Shown here: positions 19,652-29,364 of the stretch, one piece after another
Numbering within the stretch: the first letter of the stretch is position 1
Layout of the letters: each line of letters begins with the position of its first letter
Source of the DNA: Paracoccaceae bacterium
GTDB lineage: Bacteria; Pseudomonadota; Alphaproteobacteria; Rhodobacterales; Rhodobacteraceae
DNA: 64,000 nucleotides
Reading direction: 5' to 3'
Assembly: GCA_041594355.1 (NCBI GenBank)
Contig: JBFHMM010000001.1
Location: 5,872-69,871, forward strand
Program-made: the position numbers and the translations under genes
The notes under the pieces: generated by a model
The model's database searches: none
What the model was told of the DNA's origin: nothing
What the model saw: the letters and a program-made list of their open reading frames with translations, nothing else

Positions 19652-22600
19652 ATGGACACCCTCATCTTATTTCCGGCCGAGGACGCCTTTGCGCTGACCG
19701 CCGTTGATCTTTTGGCGGCGCTGCCCGGCCAACCGGTGACGCTGGCCGCGGTGCAGACCCCGGCCAAACAGCTGGCGGGAGGGCTGGCAGAGCGGGTCGA
19801 GCGGGTATTCACCCTGCCCGATTGGCCGTTCGGCCCGCAGAAGGGAATTCAGCCGCCCGACCCCGGCAGCCCCGACCATGCCCGGATCGCCCGGTTCCTG
19901 CGCCAGGGTTTTGACCGGGTGCTGGTGTTCGACTGGTCGCTGGCGCCGCTGGCGGCGCTGATGCCGCCGGGGATGGGCCGGTTCCTGGTTCTCGACGACT
20001 GGACCCAGCAGGAGGAGCTGGTGCTGTCGCCGGATCTGAAGACGAACCGGACCGGACCGCGGCTGCACGAGGCCGAGGAGATCGTTGCCGATTTCGACGC
20101 CATCCTGTGTACCGAACAGGCGGTGTTCTCGATGATCGGGACGCTGTTTCCGGACAAGGCGCTGGCGGCGCCGGTGCCGATCCCGGGTTATCCGGCGGAT
20201 CTGGGCGAGCAGTGGCCGCTGCGTTTTCGCGCGCCCAACAGCCGCTACGACCCCTATACCCAGGACGGGCTCAACGCTTTTCTGCGGCGCCAAGGTGCGC
20301 GGCAGCATCGCGGTCAGCCCTTCGTGTCGCTGGAACTGCCGCCGGATTATGCCTTTGTCAGGGACAATGCCGCCCCGACGCCCGAGCCGGTCCTCGTCGA
20401 TGTCAGCGGCCCGCAGGCCCCCCTGCTGGAGGTCTCGGTGCAGCTGCACAGGCCGGAACTGCGCACCCGCAACGCGATGCGGGGCGGCAACCTGATGTTC
20501 CTGCTTGAGGCGCGCGCGTCCGGCAGCCCCGAAGACGACTATGTGATCGCTCCGGGCGGCGCGCGGGCCGCGCTGCTTGAACTGCTCTCGGACCAGACGG
20601 CCTGGCGGGCATTCTGGTCGCAAGGGGTGCGTCAGTTCAGGGAGATTCAGGACCACAACCAGCAGGTCTGGGTCAGGTTCATCGAGGGTCGGGAAACCGC
20701 GGGCGGTAGTTTTCTATATGGCACGCTGGGGGTGAAACAGGGCATCGAATCCGGCGCCGCACCGGGTGGCGGCGATCTGGCGATCGTGCGCGCCCATGCG
20801 GCGGCGCCGCTGGATCCGGGCCCCGGGCTGGCGCTGGTCCAGACCCTGTTGCTGCAGGGACTACCGGAAAGGGCGCTGGCCTATCTGGGCGTGCTGATGC
20901 GGGCGGGCGCCATCGCCGGCCAGCCGGTTCGGGCGTCCCGGGCGCTGCTGGACCTGATGCAGCGGCAATCGGTTTTCGACCAGCCGCGCAGCCGGGCCGT
21001 GACGGACAAGCTGCACCGTGATCTGCAGGAGGCTGGCACGGACGAGAGTGGCGGGCTCTACCTCACCTTCCAGCTGCCCGAAGCCGTTGCCGCGCCGCCG
21101 GCTGCCGGTGGCCGGGGGGCGCCGGTTTTCGAATTGGGGCTGCACCGTGACGATCAGGGCGCGCGGCGCTTCTCGGGGACCTTCTCAATGGTCTACGCGC
21201 GTCAGACTTTCGCCGGCGACCCCGCGCTGGTGGCGATGATCTCGGGCCGGCTGGACGACCCCGACACCGAACTGGCAGCGGCGCAGATCGAAATCGACGG
21301 TCAGCCCGTCACCGGGGAAATCACCCAGCGTATGGACGGCAGTTTTTTCCTGCCGGTCCCGGTGACCTTGCAGGGGGAAAGCGCCGGGCGCGACCTGTTT
21401 TCGGTTTCGGTCTCGCTTTCGGCTCTGCGCGGCGCTGCGGTGGCCGGCCGGATCGATCAGATCGACGTGATCCGCCGGGCCGAGCTATTCGAAGACGGGC
21501 GCATCGCGGCCAATGCCCGATTGCTGGCGCTGCTGCCGACCCAGGACAGCTGGAATTTTGCCGGGGGCTATCACATCGAACGCTCCGACACCGGGGCGCC
21601 GGTGCGCTGGATCCAGGCCAGGGCCACCCCCGAGCTGGTCTGGGCCGCCACCCCGCCCGAGCAGCGGCCCCGTGGGGCGGTCTGTGCCGTGGTGGTCGTC
21701 CAGACCGCGCGCGGTGGCCCACCCCCCGACGAGCTGTACCTGGAAACCCCGAACGGCCCGCTCAGGGCGGTGCCGGTTCCCGGCGGCGGCGATGGGGCGC
21801 GCAGCTATGTCTTTGACATCACCGATTTGTTCATCGACCGGATCCGGCTACCCCGGCTTGAACTGGTTTCGCCGGTTCCGGCGGAAACCGTAGGCGAGGA
21901 TCAGCGCCTGCTCAGCCTGCTGCTGCGGTCGATGTCGATCGTGGAACTGCCGCTGTCGCTGCTGGACAATCAGCCGGCGGTGCTGACCCCGGGGGCGGGG
22001 CTGCGAACCGGCGTCGGCGATCCCGCCGCGCCGCCGATGCTGGGCAAGGCGTTGCGGCTGGCGCTGACGGTGCCGCACTTGCTGTCGCCGTCGCGGCTGG
22101 TTGAAATCCGCGGCAAGGGCGATGATCGGATTTACGGGCTTGAAGCCCGGCTGAACCGGCTGCCGCTGGAACCGGTCGGGATCAGCCATGAAGCGGGGCG
22201 ATTCATCTGGCGGGGACGTCTGATCAGCGACCGCCCGGTTCTGGCCTTTGCCTCCTGGCTGCAGATGCAGTTGGCGGCAGAGCAGCCCGAAGGGGCGGCG
22301 CCGATGGAGATCACCCAGGTGCGTTTTATCCTGCCGCCCGACAATCAGCCGGGGTTCGAACTGATGGATGGCGGCCATTTCCCCGGTACGGCGGGATATT
22401 ATCACAGCGGCCCGGCGATGCGCGGGGTCTGGGCCGGTCCCGGTGGCCGGCTGCTGGTCGATGTGCCGGCGGGGGCCGATGCGCTGTGGCTGGCCGGCGA
22501 TGCCGCGATCGGCCGGTCGCAGATCGAGGCGATGACGCTGAGTTGTGACGGCGCGGAACTGGAGTGCCGGACCGGCACCGCCGCCGACGGCCGCTGGCGC

Positions 22601-22735
22601 GTAACGGGCCGTCTTGAACCGGCCGCCGAGGCGCGGATCGCGCTTGTCGAAATCGGCAGCCGGACCCCGGTGCAGGGGCCGGTCGGCCTGGTGCGCCGGG
22701 CCGGCTGTGTCCTGCCCTCGGGCAGCGGAGAATGA
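19652..22735 (+). CDS. Large hypothetical protein (~1027 aa), possibly degenerate GT-B N-terminus plus beta-sandwich domains
   Basis: Long ORF with coding-like codon use, coupled (ATGA) to the downstream GT. GGYHIE...RW and DQRLLSL motifs resemble non-catalytic domains of polysaccharide-locus proteins. Confidence 0.6.
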   Translation: MDTLILFPAEDAFALTAVDLLAALPGQPVTLAAVQTPAKQLAGGLAERVERVFTLPDWPFGPQKGIQPPDPGSPDHARIARFLRQGFDRVLVFDWSLAPLAALMPPGMGRFLVLDDWTQQEELVLSPDLKTNRTGPRLHEAEEIVADFDAILCTEQAVFSMIGTLFPDKALAAPVPIPGYPADLGEQWPLRFRAPNSRYDPYTQDGLNAFLRRQGARQHRGQPFVSLELPPDYAFVRDNAAPTPEPVLVDVSGPQAPLLEVSVQLHRPELRTRNAMRGGNLMFLLEARASGSPEDDYVIAPGGARAALLELLSDQTAWRAFWSQGVRQFREIQDHNQQVWVRFIEGRETAGGSFLYGTLGVKQGIESGAAPGGGDLAIVRAHAAAPLDPGPGLALVQTLLLQGLPERALAYLGVLMRAGAIAGQPVRASRALLDLMQRQSVFDQPRSRAVTDKLHRDLQEAGTDESGGLYLTFQLPEAVAAPPAAGGRGAPVFELGLHRDDQGARRFSGTFSMVYARQTFAGDPALVAMISGRLDDPDTELAAAQIEIDGQPVTGEITQRMDGSFFLPVPVTLQGESAGRDLFSVSVSLSALRGAAVAGRIDQIDVIRRAELFEDGRIAANARLLALLPTQDSWNFAGGYHIERSDTGAPVRWIQARATPELVWAATPPEQRPRGAVCAVVVVQTARGGPPPDELYLETPNGPLRAVPVPGGGDGARSYVFDITDLFIDRIRLPRLELVSPVPAETVGEDQRLLSLLLRSMSIVELPLSLLDNQPAVLTPGAGLRTGVGDPAAPPMLGKALRLALTVPHLLSPSRLVEIRGKGDDRIYGLEARLNRLPLEPVGISHEAGRFIWRGRLISDRPVLAFASWLQMQLAAEQPEGAAPMEITQVRFILPPDNQPGFELMDGGHFPGTAGYYHSGPAMRGVWAGPGGRLLVDVPAGADALWLAGDAAIGRSQIEAMTLSCDGAELECRTGTAADGRWRVTGRLEPAAEARIALVEIGSRTPVQGPVGLVRRAGCVLPSGSGE

Positions 22736-25566
22736 CCCAGATGTCCAAGATCTTTTTTATCGCTCCCAGGGTCGACAGCGACATCACGCTGGAAACCGCC
22801 TGGCTGGACCCGCTGGCCGAAGCCGCCGAAACCCTCGGGCTGGACCCGGTTCTGGTGGTCGGACAGAACCTGAAGCGGCGCAGCACCGCTGCCGGTCGCC
22901 CTGTCTGGGGGGTGCTGGACAGCAGCCCCCAGAGCGAACGGCAGCGCACCCTGGTCAATGCCCGGCTGCTGGCGCTGCACCGGTTCGATGTGCTGGCCGA
23001 CCGGCTGGCCTTCGTATGCGATTCCCGCCGACCGGGACCGCAGGACACGCTCTGCCTGCTCGACGCCTCGGTGCCGGACCTGGAATCGGTCTGGCAATTC
23101 CTGATGACCACGCCGCCCGAAACCCTGCCGCATGTGCATGTGCACCTGTCGCGGCTCTATGATCCCGACCTGGTGCTGGAGGCTGCCGGGTTGAACGATC
23201 TGGCAGACCGGATCGCGTTGCTGCGTGCCCGCTTTGAGGCGCGCGGGCTGTTGCAGGCGGGGCGGCTGACGTTGAGCGCGGGACACCCCGCGCTGGCCCG
23301 GCGGCTGAGCGATCTGGGGCTTGAGACCGCCAGCGCGCCGCTGCAGGGCTCCGGACGCCCCGGCGGGCGCAGCACGGCGCTGCTGGTCAAATCCTTTGAG
23401 CCCGATCTGGCCGAGACGCTGGACCTGTACAACGCCACTGTCTTTCTCAGCGATGCGCTGGTCCCGGCGGCGCAGGCCGATCTGGCGGCCGACGGCATGG
23501 ATGCGGAACGGGCGATCAGCTTTGCGCCGCTCAGCGATGCCACGCGCCAGCTGGCGCGCTTTGGCTCTGTCATCACCGAGACCGATCTGCTGGATCTGGT
23601 GCTGTCCTGTCCCGGACCGGTCGGGGGGGCGGTGCTGCGGCTGATCGGAACGGCCGATCCCGTCACGCCTTCCGCTCCGATGAACGGCGCGGACTTCATC
23701 GCCATGCTGCGGGACCTGCAGGCAAAGGCCGGCACCCCGGAGCCCAAGCCGGTGGTGCTGCATGTGGCCAACAACTGGTGGGGCCAGGGATCGAGCCACG
23801 TGTTCGAGGCGCAGCTGCGCTATCTGGCCGAGCGCGGCTATGCGGTGCTTGCGGTGCATTTCGACATCGACGACTCGGGGTTCTTCTTTCCTGAAGGGGT
23901 GGCCGACACGCTGACCAAGCTGCCGCAGGACGGTGCCCTGCACCGTTGGCGGCTGGGTCGCGATCCGGCACTGTCGGCGCAGGAAAAGGGGCTGGGGCTG
24001 AACCCGCCCTACCGGGCCGACATGCTGTCGGTGGAAGGGGAATCGCGGATCGCCCGCAACGTTGCGGTGCCGCCCGCCCTGCGCGCCGCGCTCAAGGCGT
24101 TGCGCCCGGCCTGGGCCCTGGTCAACTACAGCCAGAACCATCCGCTGATCGCGGCGCTGGATCTCGAAGAGGTGCCGGTGATCACGGAAACCCACGACCT
24201 GCGTACGGTGCAGCACGCGATCTATGGCGAGACCACACTGGACCAGATCGACTATGATCTGGAACTGGACAACGCCGGCCATTTCGACGGGCTGGTGTTC
24301 ATCAACGCCCATGAGGAAAAGCTGACCCGCGACCGGCTGCCGGATCTCAAGGGCATCAGCGCCTTTCCCTTCATGCTGGGCAATGCCGCGATCGAACCCC
24401 GGCCCCTGCATGAAACTGCCGTGACCCCGGTGCTGCGCGCGCTCAGCCGCAGCCGCCGACCCTGCCTGTCGCTGGCAGCCCGGCTGGCCGGGCAGGATGG
24501 CAGTTCGGATGCGGGGCCGAAGCGCCCGGTCATCCTGTTCGTGGGCAGCCGTCACAAGGCCAATGTGACCTCGCTGGACTGGTACTTTGCCAATGTCCAC
24601 CTGCCGTTCCGGATCTTTGAACAGGCCGATCTGGTGGTGGCGGGCAATATCGCCGACGATTACCCCGACAGCGCCATTCCCGGGGTCACCTTCCTGGGGC
24701 GGGTCGATGACCTGCTGGCGCTCTATGACAGCGCGGACATCGTGTTGCTGCCGATCCGCGAGGGCACCGGGCTGCCGATCAAGGTGATCGACACGCTGAT
24801 GGCGCAGAAACCCTTTGTCTGCACCTCGAACGCGATCCGCGCGATCACCGAGATGGACGGCCGCTGGCCGACGTTCGACGACCCGGCCGGATTTGCGGGC
24901 GAGCTGCTGAAACTCGCCGGCGATCCCGCCTATCTGGCAGCGGCCGAGGCGCGGCTGAAGGAGATCAGTGACCCCGAGGAGTCGTGGCGCGACTACGCCG
25001 CCCGCTGGGACCGGCTGGTCACCGAGGTCGTGGGCCAGGCGCCGCCGCAGGACGATGACCATGTGACCCCGGTTCTGATGCCACAGGTACCGCAGGCGCT
25101 GCCGCTGCCCCGGACCCGGCTGGTGGCCGGGCAACGGCTGTCGGTGCGCCATGGCGGCTTGTTGTGGGAACACGAGGGGCTGGCCACGGATGACGATTCC
25201 GAACAGTTCCATTTTGGCCAGCCGCTGGGCCGGCTGGCGTTGCATTTCGCCCTGGCCAGGGACGCCACCGCCAGCGCCGGCGGGCGGGCGCGATCGCTGC
25301 GTCTCGACGGGGTGATCAACAGCGACCAGAATCCCGACACCGTGCTGAACTTTTTCGTCAACGGCCAGCCTGCCGGCCGAATGTCGACCAACCGGCAGTA
25401 TCAAAAGCCGTTCTGCCTGTTTGCCGAACCGATTTGCCGTGATGGCGCCGCCCTGGTGGTGATCGAGGTGTTCCTGACCAATCAGGACGGGGTGCCGATC
25501 GTGCCCGCCACAACCAAGCGCTGGGTCGCCCTGGACCAGCTGACATTGACCCCGGCGGCGCGCTGA
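22732..25566 (+). CDS. Multidomain GT4-family glycosyltransferase
   Basis: GQGSSHVF, ETHD, LFVGSRHKAN, LGRVDDL, GTGLPIKVIDTL. Confidence 0.82.
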   Translation: MTQMSKIFFIAPRVDSDITLETAWLDPLAEAAETLGLDPVLVVGQNLKRRSTAAGRPVWGVLDSSPQSERQRTLVNARLLALHRFDVLADRLAFVCDSRRPGPQDTLCLLDASVPDLESVWQFLMTTPPETLPHVHVHLSRLYDPDLVLEAAGLNDLADRIALLRARFEARGLLQAGRLTLSAGHPALARRLSDLGLETASAPLQGSGRPGGRSTALLVKSFEPDLAETLDLYNATVFLSDALVPAAQADLAADGMDAERAISFAPLSDATRQLARFGSVITETDLLDLVLSCPGPVGGAVLRLIGTADPVTPSAPMNGADFIAMLRDLQAKAGTPEPKPVVLHVANNWWGQGSSHVFEAQLRYLAERGYAVLAVHFDIDDSGFFFPEGVADTLTKLPQDGALHRWRLGRDPALSAQEKGLGLNPPYRADMLSVEGESRIARNVAVPPALRAALKALRPAWALVNYSQNHPLIAALDLEEVPVITETHDLRTVQHAIYGETTLDQIDYDLELDNAGHFDGLVFINAHEEKLTRDRLPDLKGISAFPFMLGNAAIEPRPLHETAVTPVLRALSRSRRPCLSLAARLAGQDGSSDAGPKRPVILFVGSRHKANVTSLDWYFANVHLPFRIFEQADLVVAGNIADDYPDSAIPGVTFLGRVDDLLALYDSADIVLLPIREGTGLPIKVIDTLMAQKPFVCTSNAIRAITEMDGRWPTFDDPAGFAGELLKLAGDPAYLAAAEARLKEISDPEESWRDYAARWDRLVTEVVGQAPPQDDDHVTPVLMPQVPQALPLPRTRLVAGQRLSVRHGGLLWEHEGLATDDDSEQFHFGQPLGRLALHFALARDATASAGGRARSLRLDGVINSDQNPDTVLNFFVNGQPAGRMSTNRQYQKPFCLFAEPICRDGAALVVIEVFLTNQDGVPIVPATTKRWVALDQLTLTPAAR

Positions 25567-25625
25567 CCCGCGCCACGCCAGACCTGCGGCCCCTGCCGCA
25601 GACACCGAAGAACCGGAGACCCCCG

Positions 25626-26918
25626 ATGGGAAAACGCCTTTTGATCATCGACCCGGCCTTCTCGGAAGGCGAAGGCCACCATCTGGCGGCCAATGTGCTG
25701 CTGACCCGCACCGCGCATGAGGCCGGGTTCGACAGCGTGTGCATCCTGTGCCGCAACAGCTGCCCGCTGCCCACCATCGCCGATGGTCTGGGCGAAACCG
25801 TACCCACCTTTGACAGCACACCTTATGCCGCCTTCCGGGTCGGCGACCTGCCCCGGCTGGCGGCGCTGAACCACAAGGCGCAGGAGGATTTCGACGTCAT
25901 CCCCGCGGATATGGTTCGCGATGGCGATGAACTGCTGGTGCATACGGTCAACGAGGTCCAGTTCACGGCGTTGACTCGCTGGTTGGCGCAGATGCTGGAA
26001 ACCCGTGACGTCCGGGTGCGGCTGGCGCTGATGTTCCCTGTCGGGCTGGAGTTTTCCGAGGACGGCGTCACCGGGGTGCGCGATCCGGCGGCGGCGATGA
26101 TCTTCCGCCACGGCGCGGCGCGGCTGGCCCCCTTCGGCGACCGGGTACGCTGGCTGGGCATCGGCCGCTCGATCGCGCGGGAATTCAACCTGCTGACCGG
26201 CAACGCGGTGGGATATGGCCCGGCGCTGGTCCCCGGCATTGGTGCCCCGCTGGCAGCGAAACCCGACAGCGCGGTGCCCAATATCGTGCTCTATATGGGC
26301 GATGCGAAATTCGACAAGGGCTTTCACCACCTGCCGGCGATCATCACGCGGCTGCGCAACAGCCCCCGCGACTTTCGCGCCACGGTGCAGGTATCGGGCG
26401 GGGTGATCGGACATTTCACAGAGATGCGCCAGGCGCTCGAGAGCGCCGCCCAGGGCGATCCCCGTTTCATCATCCACAATGGCCGGCTGAGCGATGCCGA
26501 TTACGAACGGGCCTGGCAACAGGGCCATATCGCGCTTCTGGGCTATGATCCGGGGGTCTACAAATACAAATCCTCGGGCCTGTGCTGGGAGGCGATGAAC
26601 TACGCGGTGCCGGCGGTGGTGCTGAAGGACACGTTCCACCACCGTGAAGTCACCGGATACGGGTTCGACCCCATCGTGGTGAACGATTACTGGCCCGAAC
26701 AGCTGTTTGCCGGACTGGAACGGGGTCTGGCGGCGCTGCCGCAGATGGCGCCAGCCTGGCAGGCGGCGCGCGCCGGGTTTGTCGATCAGAACCAGCCCGC
26801 CCAATATTTCGCCGAGGATCTGCCCGGCCTGCCGGGCGGCGGTCAGGCCGCCGATCTGCGCGCCCATATTCAAGGTTGGCAGCGGCGCTGTTTCGACGCG
26901 TTTTTTGGTGGGGGGTAA
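25626..26918 (+). CDS. GT-B (GT4-like) glycosyltransferase
   Basis: IIDPAFSEGEGHH, GDAKFDKGF, YKYKSSGLCWEA. Paralogous to the C-terminus of 12742..15534. Confidence 0.7.
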   Translation: MGKRLLIIDPAFSEGEGHHLAANVLLTRTAHEAGFDSVCILCRNSCPLPTIADGLGETVPTFDSTPYAAFRVGDLPRLAALNHKAQEDFDVIPADMVRDGDELLVHTVNEVQFTALTRWLAQMLETRDVRVRLALMFPVGLEFSEDGVTGVRDPAAAMIFRHGAARLAPFGDRVRWLGIGRSIAREFNLLTGNAVGYGPALVPGIGAPLAAKPDSAVPNIVLYMGDAKFDKGFHHLPAIITRLRNSPRDFRATVQVSGGVIGHFTEMRQALESAAQGDPRFIIHNGRLSDADYERAWQQGHIALLGYDPGVYKYKSSGLCWEAMNYAVPAVVLKDTFHHREVTGYGFDPIVVNDYWPEQLFAGLERGLAALPQMAPAWQAARAGFVDQNQPAQYFAEDLPGLPGGGQAADLRAHIQGWQRRCFDAFFGGG

Positions 26919-27028
26919 GGCCGCGGGCGGGATAACCTTGCGGCAGGGGCCGCTATTGGCTAGCGATAACTATGCCGGGGCGCGTTGCCCCGGCAGGTAA
27001 ATGACAAGAACAAGACAAGGGATGGTTC

Positions 27029-27199
27029 ATGTCTGACGAATTGGTACTGGGAATTTTCAAGGAACTCGCCGTGATGGAAGGCAGCCGCAAGCCCGACGGA
27101 AGCTGGGCTGTCAATGATCAGGAGGCGTTCAAACGGCTATTGCGCCGGGCCGGCCGGCTGGCCCAGTCGGCAAAGGGCGGTGACGAAACCGAGGCCTGA
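27029..27199 (+). CDS. 56-aa microprotein, unrecognised family (copy 2)
   Basis: MSDELVLGIFKELAVMEGSRKPDGSWAVNDQEAFKRLLRRAGRLAQSAKGGDETEA. AAGGGA RBS. 26/56 identical to copy 1 by ungapped hand alignment. Confidence 0.85.
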   Translation: MSDELVLGIFKELAVMEGSRKPDGSWAVNDQEAFKRLLRRAGRLAQSAKGGDETEA

Positions 27200-27311
27200 C
27201 ACCCGCGATCGGTGCGTGCGTGCCCATGGCTGACGTGCCAACGCTTCACTATACGCTCCAACGGCTCCCCGCGAAGGTCCCGAGCCTGTCGCGCAGACCG
27301 GAAGGTTTTCG

Positions 27312-28358
27312 TTGAAGTCCGTTTTTCTTCACATCGGTCCGCACAAGAGCGGCACCTCGACAATGCAGAAATTCCTCGCCGAACGGCAGGATGATCTGGC
27401 GGCGCGGTTCTCGCTCAGGTTCTGCCGCACCGGGCGCAGCTGGCCCCGGCAAAACATCAACCTGGCCTGGCAGTTCCAGAACCCCAGGTTCTTTGAGCCC
27501 GACAGGGGGTCCTGGGCCGATGTCGCGGCCGAGATCGCCGCCGGGCCCGAAACGACGGCGGTGCTGTTCAGCGAATTGTTCTCGCGGTTCGGCGAGGATT
27601 CGATCGCCCAGGTTGCCGAGGCGTTGCGTGGTTTCGACACCCGGATCCTGTTTTACGGCCGCGCCCCGGCGGACTGGCTGGAAAGCTCCTATGCCCAGTC
27701 GTTCCGCAACCTGACCCCGCGCGACAACGCGGGGTGCTATCTCGATTTTGTTCGTGATCCGGGCGCGCGGCGACCGGTTGCCCGGATCCTGCCGGTGTTG
27801 GACAAATGGGCCTCCGCTTTTGGCGAGGATGCGATCATCCTGCGGTCATTCGAGGCCGCCCGCACCACCCCCGACGGCGGCTTGATGGCCGATTTCGCCG
27901 CCCAGCTGGGGCTGCGGGGGATCGATTTCAGCGATCTGCCGCAGCAGCGCAACCCGCGCATCGGGATCAAGACCATGGGCCTGTTCCATAACTTTTCGCG
28001 GCTGCTCTTGAAGACAGGCGTGCCGCTGGACCGCAAACCCCGGGACGCCCTGCGCAATGCGATCAACCGATATGGCCGCAAGCAGGGCTGGAACGAGGAA
28101 AGCGCCCGGTTCAACACCACCGAGACCCGGGCCATCATCGCCGAGCGTTACGAACCGCAGGTCCGCGCGGCGTTTCGCAAATATGCCGGGCAGGAGATCA
28201 CCCTTGCCGACGGCCCGCTGCAGCCCGACAGCATCGCACGGCAAATGCCTGCGGATCAGGTCGGCAGGGAAGACATCGACGGCTGCTTCCGCTTCATCGA
28301 GGAAATCTGCACGCCGGAAATGGTTGCCGCGTTCCAGCCCCTGCGCGACGCACTATGA
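27312..28358 (+). CDS. Sulfotransferase-fold protein (LHIG-K-SG/TG family)
   Basis: FLHIGPHKSGTSTMQ, FSE, YGRAPADWLESSYAQ. Confidence 0.78.
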   Translation: MKSVFLHIGPHKSGTSTMQKFLAERQDDLAARFSLRFCRTGRSWPRQNINLAWQFQNPRFFEPDRGSWADVAAEIAAGPETTAVLFSELFSRFGEDSIAQVAEALRGFDTRILFYGRAPADWLESSYAQSFRNLTPRDNAGCYLDFVRDPGARRPVARILPVLDKWASAFGEDAIILRSFEAARTTPDGGLMADFAAQLGLRGIDFSDLPQQRNPRIGIKTMGLFHNFSRLLLKTGVPLDRKPRDALRNAINRYGRKQGWNEESARFNTTETRAIIAERYEPQVRAAFRKYAGQEITLADGPLQPDSIARQMPADQVGREDIDGCFRFIEEICTPEMVAAFQPLRDAL

Positions 28359-28368
28359 CGCGCTCCGC

Positions 28369-29331
28369 TCAGGCCGCCCCAAGTTCGGCGGCCATCTCGG
28401 CTGCCTGGGCGCGGATCTCGGGCGTCAGCAGCGCCTCGTAATCGACATCGGCAAAGGGTGGTTCACCGTCCAGGCGCAGACCGACGCCATAGGTTTCCGC
28501 CACATAGGCCAGATCGCGGTCCATCTCCGCCTCGATCAGGGCGCGGGCGGCCAGCGGCAGGCAGAACCGCTCGCCGCCGAACTGCGCGGCAAAGGCCTTG
28601 ACCCGGCTGTTCTTCAGCCCCAGCCCCGGCCAGGTCCGGTGCATGTAATCGGTCACCACCGTCGCAAGCATCGAAAGGCTGGTGTTGGCCTGCACCTGCT
28701 TGAAGTCGGGATCCTCGGCGATTTCGGGTTTTCCGGTGGTCAGCTCCAGGAAATCGCGGACGATGTCGCCCCCGTTCAGGGCGGGGCGGGAACTGTCACG
28801 GACGATGACATTGTCGCGGCCGAACACCTTTTCATACCGCGGCAATACCTTGTGATACTGCACAAAGCGGGGCGCTTCGCAGCAGTCGGCCAGGCTGCGC
28901 TTGCCGTTCTTGATCTGGGTCTGGGCAAAGCTGGGGGCAAAGGACAGCGGATGGCGACAATAGATCACCAGTTTCACTTGCCGGCAGCCGCCCAGCAGAT
29001 CCTCGCGCAGGCGCACCAGCTCATCCGGTTTCAGCGAAGACACCGATTCCGAGGAGAAGGCGATGTTGCCGCCGTCCCCGGGATGCTCGGCGAAATAGGT
29101 GTTCAGCGCCCCCTCGATGCGCGGCGCGGTCATCAGGCTGCGCGGGGCATCCACATAGGGCCGCCCGACAAAGGCGATGTGGTTGCCCCCCGTCCGGTCC
29201 AGCGCCTCGGGGTAGGTCAACCCGCCCTGTTCCGCGACCAGGTCGCGGTTGACCGCCAGCGTGTTCTGGATCGAGGTCGATCCGGTCTTGGCGTGACCGC
29301 AATGAAGAAAACAGGTGTCATACATGGGCAT
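28369..29331 (-). CDS. Sulfotransferase-fold protein (LHIG-K-SG/TG family)
   Basis: LHCGHAKTGSTSIQ, SSE, YCRHPLSF, GDIVRDF, NTSLS. Confidence 0.78.
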   Translation of the reverse strand: MPMYDTCFLHCGHAKTGSTSIQNTLAVNRDLVAEQGGLTYPEALDRTGGNHIAFVGRPYVDAPRSLMTAPRIEGALNTYFAEHPGDGGNIAFSSESVSSLKPDELVRLREDLLGGCRQVKLVIYCRHPLSFAPSFAQTQIKNGKRSLADCCEAPRFVQYHKVLPRYEKVFGRDNVIVRDSSRPALNGGDIVRDFLELTTGKPEIAEDPDFKQVQANTSLSMLATVVTDYMHRTWPGLGLKNSRVKAFAAQFGGERFCLPLAARALIEAEMDRDLAYVAETYGVGLRLDGEPPFADVDYEALLTPEIRAQAAEMAAELGAA

Positions 29332-29364
29332 CGAACTTTCGCAGGGGAGGCCGGCAGCGGAAGA

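Noticed and set aside
22402-25605. 1067-aa minus-strand ORF (also 6491..8812 -, 39659..41659 +, 43655..45424 +, 34075..35802 +, 28057..29655 +)
   Set aside because: Antisense shadows of well-supported genes. They lack motifs and are expected from stop-codon scarcity in high-GC DNA.
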